Of a DNA stretch of 64,000 bases, positions 8,412-16,117 are shown piece by piece (positions within the stretch are counted from its first letter, which is position 1; each line of letters starts with the position of its first letter). Made by a program: the position numbers and the translations under genes. This DNA is from Candidatus Avimonas faecium (lineage in GTDB: Bacteria; Bacillota; Clostridia; Oscillospirales; Acutalibacteraceae). The stretch lies in assembly GCA_904419005.1 (NCBI GenBank), contig CAJFQI010000004.1, positions 783 through 64,782 of the forward strand, written 5' to 3'. Under the pieces are notes generated by a model. It saw nothing but the letters and a program-made list of their open reading frames with translations. It was not told the DNA's origin and searched no databases.

Positions 8412-9091
8412 CGGCGTCCCTCCGGCGGGTGGACCGGCACGATATCGCGGAAGACGGCGAGATGCCGCTTGCTCATCGGCTTGTCCAGATGCAGGCAGCC
8501 GAAGAACCAGCGCTGGTATTCCACTGAATCCTCAATGGTGTTTAAGAAAACGTTCACCCCGTTGAGGGCTTCCCCCCGGCCGCTCATATAGCCGCGGGCC
8601 TTGCCGGAGGGCTCATGCGTCAGGATGTAATCGACCTTGTTGCCCGCCTGCTCAAGGCGGCGGCGGGCGGCGAGCATTTCCTCCGCGGTGGGGGATTCCT
8701 CCTCCCACCAGGTTTTGGCGCCGGAGCGGAACGCCGGGTCGGGGCTTTCGCCGCCCCCGAAGGCAAAGTAGGTTTCGTCCTCAAGGGTATAGATCTCCCC
8801 CCGCAGCAGATGCATCAGGCTGCCTTCAATCACCTGCACCCGGCCGCCCTTCCATTCGGTGACGGGGTATTCGGCCAGCAGGTCGTAATTTTCGTGCCGC
8901 CCGTCCAGGAAAAGGACGGTGTACGGCAGCTTGCCGATTTTTTTGATCAGGGCGTTTTCCCGCCGCCCGCCGTCCCACAAAAAGCCGAAATCCCCACAGA
9001 TGACCAGGGTGTCCCCCGGCCTTAAACGGCGGGCGGCCGGGGAGGTGAAGCGGGAATAATCCCCGTGCGTGTCGCCGGTAATGTAAACCAT
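8408..9091 (-). CDS. metallophosphoesterase (calcineurin-like)
   Basis: 227 aa with the ordered metallophosphoesterase motifs GDTHGD, ICGDFG, DGRHEN and THEP. Confidence 0.85.
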   Translation of the reverse strand: MVYITGDTHGDYSRFTSPAARRLRPGDTLVICGDFGFLWDGGRRENALIKKIGKLPYTVLFLDGRHENYDLLAEYPVTEWKGGRVQVIEGSLMHLLRGEIYTLEDETYFAFGGGESPDPAFRSGAKTWWEEESPTAEEMLAARRRLEQAGNKVDYILTHEPSGKARGYMSGRGEALNGVNVFLNTIEDSVEYQRWFFGCLHLDKPMSKRHLAVFRDIVPVHPPEGRR

Positions 9092-9307
9092 AGCCGATGT
9101 CCTGCCTTTCTGAAAGCCCGCCCGAGCGGCCCTTGGCCGCGGGCGCCCCGGCGCATAGGCGCGGGGGAAAGTGACAATATTGTTACTGGAAATGCCGGCC
9201 GGATTTGTTATACTGGAAGAGAAAACCGCCGCGGGCCGTATCCGGGGCGCCCGCGGGCTTCCGCCCGGCCATACACCCCATTATATCTGGAATATTGGTG
9301 ATTGTCT

Positions 9308-10777
9308 ATGAATCCAAAAAAGAAATTCCAAACTCTCTGGATTCCCCGGCCGGGGGCCCGCCTGCGCTGCGGGAGCCTTGTACGGGAGGAGGCGGCCGGC
9401 CTAAGGCAGGGGCGGCTGAGCCGCCTGGCCGCCCTGCTGGCGGCGCTGCTGCTGGCGGTATCCTTCCTGGCCGCGCCGCTGCCAGCCTCCGCCGCCTACG
9501 ACCTGCCGGAGGACGTGTCAATCAGCGCCAAAGCCGCGCTGGTGGTCAGTCTGGGCCCCACCCAGGCGGAGGATACCGTGCTGTACGAGCGGGACGCCGA
9601 CGCGATGAAATCCCCGGCGGCGCTGGTGCGGCTGATGGTGGGGGCGGTGGCTGTCCGGATCATCCGGGAGCAGGAGATCGACATGGACGCGACCACGGGG
9701 ACCTATACGATCGACTGCTTCAACCGCATCGCCGGCACCGGGCTGACCACCGCGAACATGGAGATCGGGGAGGTCTGGACCGTCCGGGACCTTTTATCAA
9801 TGTCGATGATCCAGACGGCGGCGGACGCCTGCGTGACCCTGGCGGTGACCCTGTCCGGCAGCGAGGAAAGCTTTGTCGCCGAGATGAACGCCCTGGCCCA
9901 GGAAATCGGCTGCGAAAACACCAGCTTTGCCAATGTCACCGGCCTGGACGCGCTCAACCAATATACCTCGGCGCGGGACCTTTACCGGATTATGCGGTAC
10001 GCGATGGATTACCCGGAGTTTGAGTCGCTGCTTTCCGCGACGGAGTATACCGCGCAGCCGGTCAGCGGGGGCAAGGGGAACCACTCCCTGCCCAACACCA
10101 ACGAGATGAGCCGCCCTTCCTCGCCGCAGTATTATTCGCCGATGGCGTTCGGCAAGACGGGGTATACCGATTCGGCCGGCCGCTGCCTGGCTTCGGTGGC
10201 GCGGGACAGCGGGTACGAATACCTCGTCGTGGTGCTGGGCTGCCCGGAGACGGACAGCGAGGGGCAGTCCGGCGTGCATTTCCGGGACACCAAGACCCTT
10301 TACCGCTGGGCGTTCAACAATTTCACCTATAAAACCCTGCTGAGCAAAAACGAGCCGGTCACCCAGCTCCCCGTCCGCCTGGCGTGGGACCGGGACACCG
10401 TCACCCTCGTGCCGGAGACCAACTTTTCCGCCACCGTGCCCAACGACCTGGATTCCTCAACCATCCTGAAAAAGGAAACGCTGAATGTGGACGCGGTGGA
10501 CGCGCCGGTCACCAAGGGCGAGGTCTACGGCAAGGTGGAGCTCTTTATCAATGTCGACCAAAAAATCGGCGAGGTCAACCTGGTTGCCAGCGAATCGGTG
10601 GAGCGCAGCGAGATCCTGGCCGTTTGGGCGCAGGTGCAGAGCTTTTTTGCCTCGCCCTGGTTTTACGGCGGGCTGGCCCTTCTGGCGGTGCTGCTGATCG
10701 GGTATATTATTTTGAATATCGTACACAACCGGCGCCGCCGCCGCAACCGCATGAAGCAGGTGAAAAAATACAAATAG
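9308..10777 (+). CDS. PBP5/DacB-like D-Ala-D-Ala carboxypeptidase homologue with degenerate active site, C-terminal membrane anchor
   Basis: It aligns by eye with S11 peptidases. At the SxxK position it reads KSPAAL, at SxN it reads QTAADA, and KTG is retained (FGKTGYTDSAG). There is an N-terminal signal/TM, a C-terminal TM and an RRRRRNR tail. ATG 9308 is preferred over TTG 9302. Confidence 0.75.
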   Translation: MNPKKKFQTLWIPRPGARLRCGSLVREEAAGLRQGRLSRLAALLAALLLAVSFLAAPLPASAAYDLPEDVSISAKAALVVSLGPTQAEDTVLYERDADAMKSPAALVRLMVGAVAVRIIREQEIDMDATTGTYTIDCFNRIAGTGLTTANMEIGEVWTVRDLLSMSMIQTAADACVTLAVTLSGSEESFVAEMNALAQEIGCENTSFANVTGLDALNQYTSARDLYRIMRYAMDYPEFESLLSATEYTAQPVSGGKGNHSLPNTNEMSRPSSPQYYSPMAFGKTGYTDSAGRCLASVARDSGYEYLVVVLGCPETDSEGQSGVHFRDTKTLYRWAFNNFTYKTLLSKNEPVTQLPVRLAWDRDTVTLVPETNFSATVPNDLDSSTILKKETLNVDAVDAPVTKGEVYGKVELFINVDQKIGEVNLVASESVERSEILAVWAQVQSFFASPWFYGGLALLAVLLIGYIILNIVHNRRRRRNRMKQVKKYK

Positions 10778-10784
10778 GAAAACG

Positions 10785-10823
10785 CGCAAACGCATAGGGC
10801 GGTTGCCCTATGCGTTTGCGTTT
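10785..10823 (+). terminator. rho-independent terminator
   Basis: Perfect 16-bp stem cgcaaacgcatagggc / gccctatgcgtttgcg with loop ggtt, then TTT. Confidence 0.7.
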
Positions 10824-10937
10824 CCGGGGAAGATGCCCGCCCCGGAAAATCCCCTGCGCGGCCAAAAGCCGGGCGGGGAGCGGGCGGAAGAGGGCAGAAG
10901 AGGGTAACAGAGGGGAACAGGGGAAGGGGATAGCAAA

Positions 10938-11360
10938 ATGGATGACCGGGAATTGATCGCACAGGCGCGCCGGGCAAGGCAAAACGCCTACTGCCCGTAT
11001 TCCGGCTTTGCGGTCGGAGCCGCCCTGCTGGCCGAATCGGGCCGTGTGTATCTGGGCGCGAATTGTGAAAACGTTTCCTTTGGGGCGACCATCTGTGCGG
11101 AGCGGGCGGCTCTGGCGGCGGCTCTGACGGCGGGGGAACGCCGCTTTGTCGCCCTGGCGGTGGCGGCGGGGGATACGCCGGTCGCCCCCTGCGGGATCTG
11201 CCGGCAGATGCTGGCGGAGTTTGGGGATCTTACCGTCCTGCGGGCGGCGGCTGAGGGGGAGGAGGTCCTCCGCACCACCCTGTCCGCCCTGCTCCCGGAG
11301 GCCTTCGCCCGGTTCCGTCCGGACCAAAAAACAGAGGGGAGGGCGCCGGCCGATGAATAA
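10938..11360 (+). CDS. cdd: cytidine deaminase
   Basis: 140 aa with the zinc motifs CAERAA and PCGICRQ. Confidence 0.92.
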   Translation: MDDRELIAQARRARQNAYCPYSGFAVGAALLAESGRVYLGANCENVSFGATICAERAALAAALTAGERRFVALAVAAGDTPVAPCGICRQMLAEFGDLTVLRAAAEGEEVLRTTLSALLPEAFARFRPDQKTEGRAPADE

Positions 11361-12291
11361 CAGCGGGAAGGGGATTGCCCCGCGCGAAAAAATGGAGGCC
11401 GGCCGCCAGGAGGCCCGGCTGACCGACATCGGTACGGTCAAGGCCCTGCTGGCACGGCACGGCTTCCATTTTTCCAAAAAGCTCGGCCAAAATTTCCTGG
11501 TCAACCCGTCAGTCTGCCCGCGCATGGCGCAGGCCTGCGGGGCGGATGAACATACCGGCGTGCTTGAGATCGGCCCGGGGATCGGCGTGCTGACGCAGGA
11601 GCTCGCCCGCCGCGCCGCCCGTGTAACGGCGGTGGAGCTCGACAGCCGCCTGCTGCCGGTGCTGGAGGAAACCCTGTCGGCGTATCCCAACGCCCGCGTC
11701 CTACAGGGGGATGCGATGGAGCTGGACCTTAACCGGGTGATCGCCGAAGACTTCGCCGGCCTGCGGGCCGTGGTCTGCGCCAACCTGCCCTATTACATCA
11801 CGTCCCCGATCCTGATGCGCCTGCTGGAAAGCCGCCTGCCGGTTGACGGCATTACCGTCATGGTGCAGAAGGAGGCGGCGCAGCGGCTCTGCGCCCGGCC
11901 GGGGACAAGGGAATGCGGCGCGGTAACCTTTGCCGTCTGGTATTATGCGGAGCCGGAGCTTCTGTTCCCGGTTTCCCGCGGGAGCTTCCTGCCTGCGCCG
12001 CATGTCGACAGCGCGGTGATCCGGCTGAAGGTGCGAAAAGAGCCGCCGGTGTATGTGCGGGACGAGGCGCTGCTCTTCCGCCTGGTGAGGGCGGGCTTCC
12101 GCCAGCGGAGGAAAACCCTGGTCAATGCGCTGAGCGGCGCCGGCATCGCCAAAGGGGAGGCGGCGGCGCTCCTGCGGCAGGCCGGGATTCCGGAAACGGC
12201 CCGGGCCGAGGAGCTGACCTTGGAAATGTTCGCCGCCTTAGGGAACGCGGCGGCCGGCTGTTTTAGGGATGGGACGCCCCTTGACAGATGA
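11353..12291 (+). CDS. rsmA: 16S rRNA (adenine1518/1519-N6)-dimethyltransferase
   Basis: Trimmed from the 381-aa track ORF. The ATG overlaps the cdd stop (ATGAATAA). KKLGQNFL and the SAM motif LEIGPGIGVLT are present. An alternative start is ATG 11392. Confidence 0.92.
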   Translation: MNNSGKGIAPREKMEAGRQEARLTDIGTVKALLARHGFHFSKKLGQNFLVNPSVCPRMAQACGADEHTGVLEIGPGIGVLTQELARRAARVTAVELDSRLLPVLEETLSAYPNARVLQGDAMELDLNRVIAEDFAGLRAVVCANLPYYITSPILMRLLESRLPVDGITVMVQKEAAQRLCARPGTRECGAVTFAVWYYAEPELLFPVSRGSFLPAPHVDSAVIRLKVRKEPPVYVRDEALLFRLVRAGFRQRRKTLVNALSGAGIAKGEAAALLRQAGIPETARAEELTLEMFAALGNAAAGCFRDGTPLDR

Positions 12292-12377
12292 AAAACAAAA
12301 TGCCATAATAGCTTTCACAAACTTCGGTAAGTTTATGAAGCTATTGTGGCATTCCTCGTCACAGCATCCGGTGTCTT

Positions 12378-12569
12378 TCAGCGTTTTTCCTGCTTATACG
12401 GCGATTCCCTGGTATAGGGGATCTGGTTTTCCGTCAGGTATTTCTCAATAGCCGTGTCCAAAATGCGGGAGAGAGGGATGCCGCTTTGGAGAGAGTAGTT
12501 ATAAACGGCGTTGTAGAGGCCCTTGTCAACAGAGGAAGATAGCCGGGCGCGGTATTTCAGTTCGTTCAT
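12378..12569 (-). CDS. ribbon-helix-helix (CopG/MetJ-like) small DNA-binding protein
   Basis: Trimmed to ATG 12569 behind GAAAGGA, giving 63 aa: MNELKYRARLSSSVDKGLYNAVYNYSLQSGIPLSRILDTAIEKYL. This reads as a beta-strand plus two helices. The family call is from pattern only. Confidence 0.5.
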   Translation of the reverse strand: MNELKYRARLSSSVDKGLYNAVYNYSLQSGIPLSRILDTAIEKYLTENQIPYTRESPYKQEKR

Positions 12570-13140
12570 TGTTGCACCAATCCTTTCATAACTGTGTCGG
12601 GGCGGCGGATTTGTCGGGCAGACAAAGGGCATCATTCCCTTGAATTGGCTTTGGAATCCAATTGTTTTCACAGTTATATGTACTCTCCACATAATTAGTA
12701 TACCCTTTTTCCGGCCGAACTTCTATTCCCATAAGTTTCATAAACACCCATACACTTCATCAGCGGGGCCGGCTGGGGCCGGAAGCGGTCCCCTGCTCGG
12801 CAGAATGCTTCGGCTGCTTTTGGGGGAGCCGCTGCCGCCTGCCTCTTTCCCGCGGGCGGCTTTGGGGCCCGCCGCAGGAGCAGCGGCTTTCGGGCTTGCC
12901 GGGGGATCTGGGAGCGCTACAAAGCGATGGGGGGGCGGTATCCCCTAAAGAAATGGCTCGCAGGAGGGGCCGTGTTTTCTTCCTTTCCGGCGCGAAGCCG
13001 CATTCCCCGGCTTATGGCCGGCGGGTCCTGTGCTGGAAAAGGCGGTTGGGCGCGCCCTTGCGCCGGGGAGCAGCGCGCTGTTTTAAGCGGTCGCAAACGG
13101 CACGCTTTCCCGGCTGCAGTGAGAAAGGAATGGTCATCGT

Positions 13141-13392
13141 ATGAAAGGAAAACGGGATATTCCGTCGTATATTGGGCAGAATCTCACCTACTATCGTCAG
13201 AAAAACGGCTATACGCAGGAAACGCTTTGCCAGATCCTGGGCTTGACCCGTTCCACCTATGCGTATTATGAAACCGGCCGGACGCTCCCGACCGTTATGT
13301 TTTTAAAGAAGCTGGCAAAATTTTACCGGATTACATTGGATGAGCTGACCGATGAAACGCTGGTTCCTAAGAAGAAATGGAACACGCTGTGA
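13141..13392 (+). CDS. XRE-family helix-turn-helix transcriptional regulator
   Basis: 83 aa. IGQNLTYYRQKNGYTQETLCQILGLTRSTYAYYETGRTLPTVMFLKKLAKFYRITLDEL is the classic Cro/CI HTH_3 layout. GAAAGGA SD lies upstream. Confidence 0.85.
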   Translation: MKGKRDIPSYIGQNLTYYRQKNGYTQETLCQILGLTRSTYAYYETGRTLPTVMFLKKLAKFYRITLDELTDETLVPKKKWNTL

Positions 13393-13430
13393 CGCGGCGG
13401 GACAAAAGGGAGACACTTCATAAGGAAACA

Positions 13431-13467
13431 AAGGGACATTGCCGCAAATAGGCAGTGTCCCTTTTGT
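13431..13467. terminator. bidirectional terminator between the XRE and radical-SAM genes
   Basis: 13-bp stem aagggacattgcc / ggcagtgtccctt with one G-U pair. T-rich runs follow on both strands. Confidence 0.7.
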
Positions 13468-13484
13468 ATGAAAGCAATTTTTAT

Positions 13485-14522
13485 TCATTTTCTGCAATAT
13501 TTATTTAGCAGATATTCTATATAATCGCCTTTACTGAATAATCTTTGGCTTTTACTATCGCCTTGTGCTTGAACGATGTCACAAAGAGGAACGGATAGGC
13601 GCGTGTGCTGTGCAGCGCTTTTGTTTTCGGTATAGTTCTCTATTATAGTTTCTACTCTGTCCGTTTTTAAATTTCCCAAAAGCCAAGCTGTTTCAGGCGG
13701 AGCCACATTCGGATAAACATTAAACTCTTTATCTATGTAGAAAGTGGGAGTTGCACTTACATAACTTGCTGTCGAATTATCATTTATCAGTTCTTTGTAG
13801 AGTACCTGTTCTGTTCTCCCAAAAACATCTTCTATATTCGCTTTGTTAAAATGCTTTAATGTATACTCTACAAGCGTTTGTGGGATTTTCTGCAAATCTT
13901 CGGGCGTTACTCTGATTGCATACAGTTTTTCGTTTTCTCCGTCACAAGAACCTTGATGCAAAAAAAATGAGAATTCTCCGCCAAAAGATTGGCATCGGTT
14001 TTCTAAATCTAAGCTTTTTATGAGATGTTCAACAAACAGAAGCTCATCAATATTATCTTTGTTAACAAAAACTTGTATGCGGGGGGAAATTCTACTTTCA
14101 AGTAATATTTCAATGGCTTCCAATATTTCGTTGTATGCATTTTTTCTGCCTGTATAATAATCCGTTTTTTCCTGACCTCCGAACAGAGTAAGCTGGGCCT
14201 TTTTTAAACCGAGTGAAGAAAGCCATTTAACGTATTCTTTGTCGCGAACTATACGCCAAATGCTGATAAGCTCAAAATGTTTTTCATGCGTATCGGATAG
14301 ACTATTGCATAGATCCCAAAGCTCTTTGTAATTATCGTTATAATCTGGTTCCCGATACCAGTCATAAACTGTTAAGCAGTTTGTAAATGGACGAAACTTT
14401 TCCGCAAGAAATCTTAAATCATCATTCGTCAAATTTCCGTTTGGAGAGTGTCCAATCCAACAATGCTTACAACGATTTGGACAACCAAACATGTCAAGAC
14501 ATACCGTTATGCTTGTGAACAT
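13485..14522 (-). CDS. radical SAM enzyme, unassigned subfamily (foreign, low GC)
   Basis: 345 aa. CPNRCKHC (CX3CX2C) lies at residues 14-21. No SPASM or twitch Cys cluster is visible at the C-terminus. A strong SD (TAAGGAGGG) is present. Sampled 60-nt lines count 30-33% G+C. Confidence 0.8.
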   Translation of the reverse strand: MFTSITVCLDMFGCPNRCKHCWIGHSPNGNLTNDDLRFLAEKFRPFTNCLTVYDWYREPDYNDNYKELWDLCNSLSDTHEKHFELISIWRIVRDKEYVKWLSSLGLKKAQLTLFGGQEKTDYYTGRKNAYNEILEAIEILLESRISPRIQVFVNKDNIDELLFVEHLIKSLDLENRCQSFGGEFSFFLHQGSCDGENEKLYAIRVTPEDLQKIPQTLVEYTLKHFNKANIEDVFGRTEQVLYKELINDNSTASYVSATPTFYIDKEFNVYPNVAPPETAWLLGNLKTDRVETIIENYTENKSAAQHTRLSVPLCDIVQAQGDSKSQRLFSKGDYIEYLLNKYCRK

Positions 14523-14571
14523 CTTTTTATCCCTCCTTACAATCTGAAATCAAGTTCCCCTGAAACGAGAA

Positions 14572-14605
14572 ATAGTTAAGATTAAGGATTTTGGCGTCAA
14601 AATCC
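14572..14605 (-). promoter_or_regulatory. putative promoter of the radical SAM gene with overlapping palindromic operator
   Basis: Minus strand: TTGACG (14595-14600), 17 nt, AACTAT (14572-14577, a weak -10). The perfect palindrome GGATTTTG-gcgt-CAAAATCC (14586-14605) covers the -35. Confidence 0.45.
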
Positions 14606-14852
14606 GATGCTCGCTAAACAGATAGATAAAATTTGGGGCACCTTCCTTACGGAGAGTGCCTCAAGGCGGACAACCCTTTGTCCCTTCTTTTTTGCATTGG
14701 CACAGCAGCATTCCGCTGCCGTGGGGGATCCGCTTCCAGTCAGGGAAACAGCCTGGAAAAGACGATCCCCGCCCGGGGTAACGCCTTGCGTGACAGCCTA
14801 TCCGTGGCCCGTGCCCTGCCCCGCCGGAGGGCGGGGAATCGCAGCGAGGGCC

Positions 14853-16085
14853 TCAAAACACCAGGGCACCGTACCGGGCGGCAATATCCTCCAAGAGCGG
14901 GCGTTCAATCTCGCATAAGGAATCCACCAGCAGCCGGCCGGGGAAGCGGCGGAGCGCCTCGTCCAGCAGGAGGGCCTCGTCGGCGTGCAGCAGGATGGGC
15001 AGGCGGCTCATCCCGCCGTAGTCCAGCAGGTTGTCGATATCCCCCGGCTGGCTCAGCTCTACCAGGGCGGCGTTGCCCTCCTCCTCCGCCTCAATCAGCC
15101 GGTCGGCCAGATCGCTGTCGCAGGGGATGGGGGCGCCGTATTCCAAATCGTCCGAAAGGAAAAGCGCCTCGCTCTCCACCGCGCAGGCGTCGGTGTCGAT
15201 TTCCCGCGGGGCCACCGTGGGATGCTCGTCCGCAATCCCCCGCAGCACGGCAAGGTGCTCCGGCGTGGCGGCGGGGCCTCCGCCGATCACGGCCGCCCCG
15301 GCGTCAAGCAGGGGGGCCATCGCCCGCCCGAATTGCAGGGGGGACAGGGGGCCGCCGTCTTTTGCCACCGTATTTGGCCGGACTGCCAGGGGCACCGAGG
15401 CATGAGGCAGCGCCTCGCTCAGCGGCTCCTGCATCCCGGCCGGGCCGCAGGGGCCGTCCAAGCCCACAGCCGCCGCGCCAAGCGCCTGCAGCGTAATCAC
15501 TGCCGGGAGGAAATGGGCGCCGGAGGGCGCCTCCCCCTCGTCGTTGGCCTCTAGGGAAACGAGGACCGGCAGGCCGGTCCGGCGGGCAGCCAGCAGCGCG
15601 GCACGCGCCTCGCTTAAGCTGGTCATCGCTTCGCAGGCCAGCAGGTCGACGCCGGCCTCCTTCAGCGCGGCGGCCTGCTCGGAAAAAATGTCCACCCACT
15701 GATCAAACGGCGCTTCGGAGGGGGATTCCCCCCGCAGGCCAGTGGGGGAGAGTGCGCCCGCGATCCAGCAGCGGCTTTTCGGCACGGCGCCGGCCGCTTC
15801 CCGCGTTAGGGAAACCAGCCGCCGGTTCAGCTCCTGCACCTGGCCGGCCAGGCCGTACGCGGCCAGCCGCGTGCGGCTGGCGCCGGCGGTAGGGGCATAC
15901 AGCACGCTGCATCCCGCCAGGATATAGCGGCGCTGGAGCTCCAGCACCGCCTGCGGGTGTTCCAGCGCCCACCGCTCCGGGCAGGCGCCGGCCGGCATCC
16001 CCGCCGCTCCGGTCAGCGGCAGGCCGGCCGCCCCGCCCAGGAGCAGGGGCAGCCTACAGGGAAGTTCCATGAAGCGAAAACCCAT
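14853..16085 (-). CDS. homocysteine S-methyltransferase-domain protein (zinc-site motif degenerate) with C-terminal extension
   Basis: 410 aa with the Pfam S-methyl_trans-like N-terminus (PERWALEHPQAVLELQRRYILAGCSVLYAPT). Where MetH/BHMT have GGCCGTTPEH it reads IGGGPAATPEHL. It lies 32 nt downstream of argS. Confidence 0.65.
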   Translation of the reverse strand: MGFRFMELPCRLPLLLGGAAGLPLTGAAGMPAGACPERWALEHPQAVLELQRRYILAGCSVLYAPTAGASRTRLAAYGLAGQVQELNRRLVSLTREAAGAVPKSRCWIAGALSPTGLRGESPSEAPFDQWVDIFSEQAAALKEAGVDLLACEAMTSLSEARAALLAARRTGLPVLVSLEANDEGEAPSGAHFLPAVITLQALGAAAVGLDGPCGPAGMQEPLSEALPHASVPLAVRPNTVAKDGGPLSPLQFGRAMAPLLDAGAAVIGGGPAATPEHLAVLRGIADEHPTVAPREIDTDACAVESEALFLSDDLEYGAPIPCDSDLADRLIEAEEEGNAALVELSQPGDIDNLLDYGGMSRLPILLHADEALLLDEALRRFPGRLLVDSLCEIERPLLEDIAARYGALVF

Positions 16086-16117
16086 CCTTTCTGCCGCCGG
16101 AAGGGCGGCTAACGGCG

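Noticed and set aside
12640-13271. Track ORFs inside the GC-rich spacer of the islet (12640-12948, 12896-13144, 12927-13271).
   Set aside because: They overlap each other in different frames, are Gly/Ala/Pro/Arg-rich, and have no SD or motif. I treat the stretch as non-coding or as a degraded remnant.
14661-14711. A 16-codon Cys-rich mini-ORF (MLLCQCKKEGTKGCPP) on the minus strand about 140 nt upstream of the radical SAM gene. I considered it as a possible RiPP precursor.
   Set aside because: There is no usable SD (GGA abuts the ATG). It lies upstream of the predicted promoter/operator of the enzyme and in the GC-richer border DNA rather than in the islet proper. It is too short to distinguish from chance. 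It is worth a look only if homologous islets conserve it.
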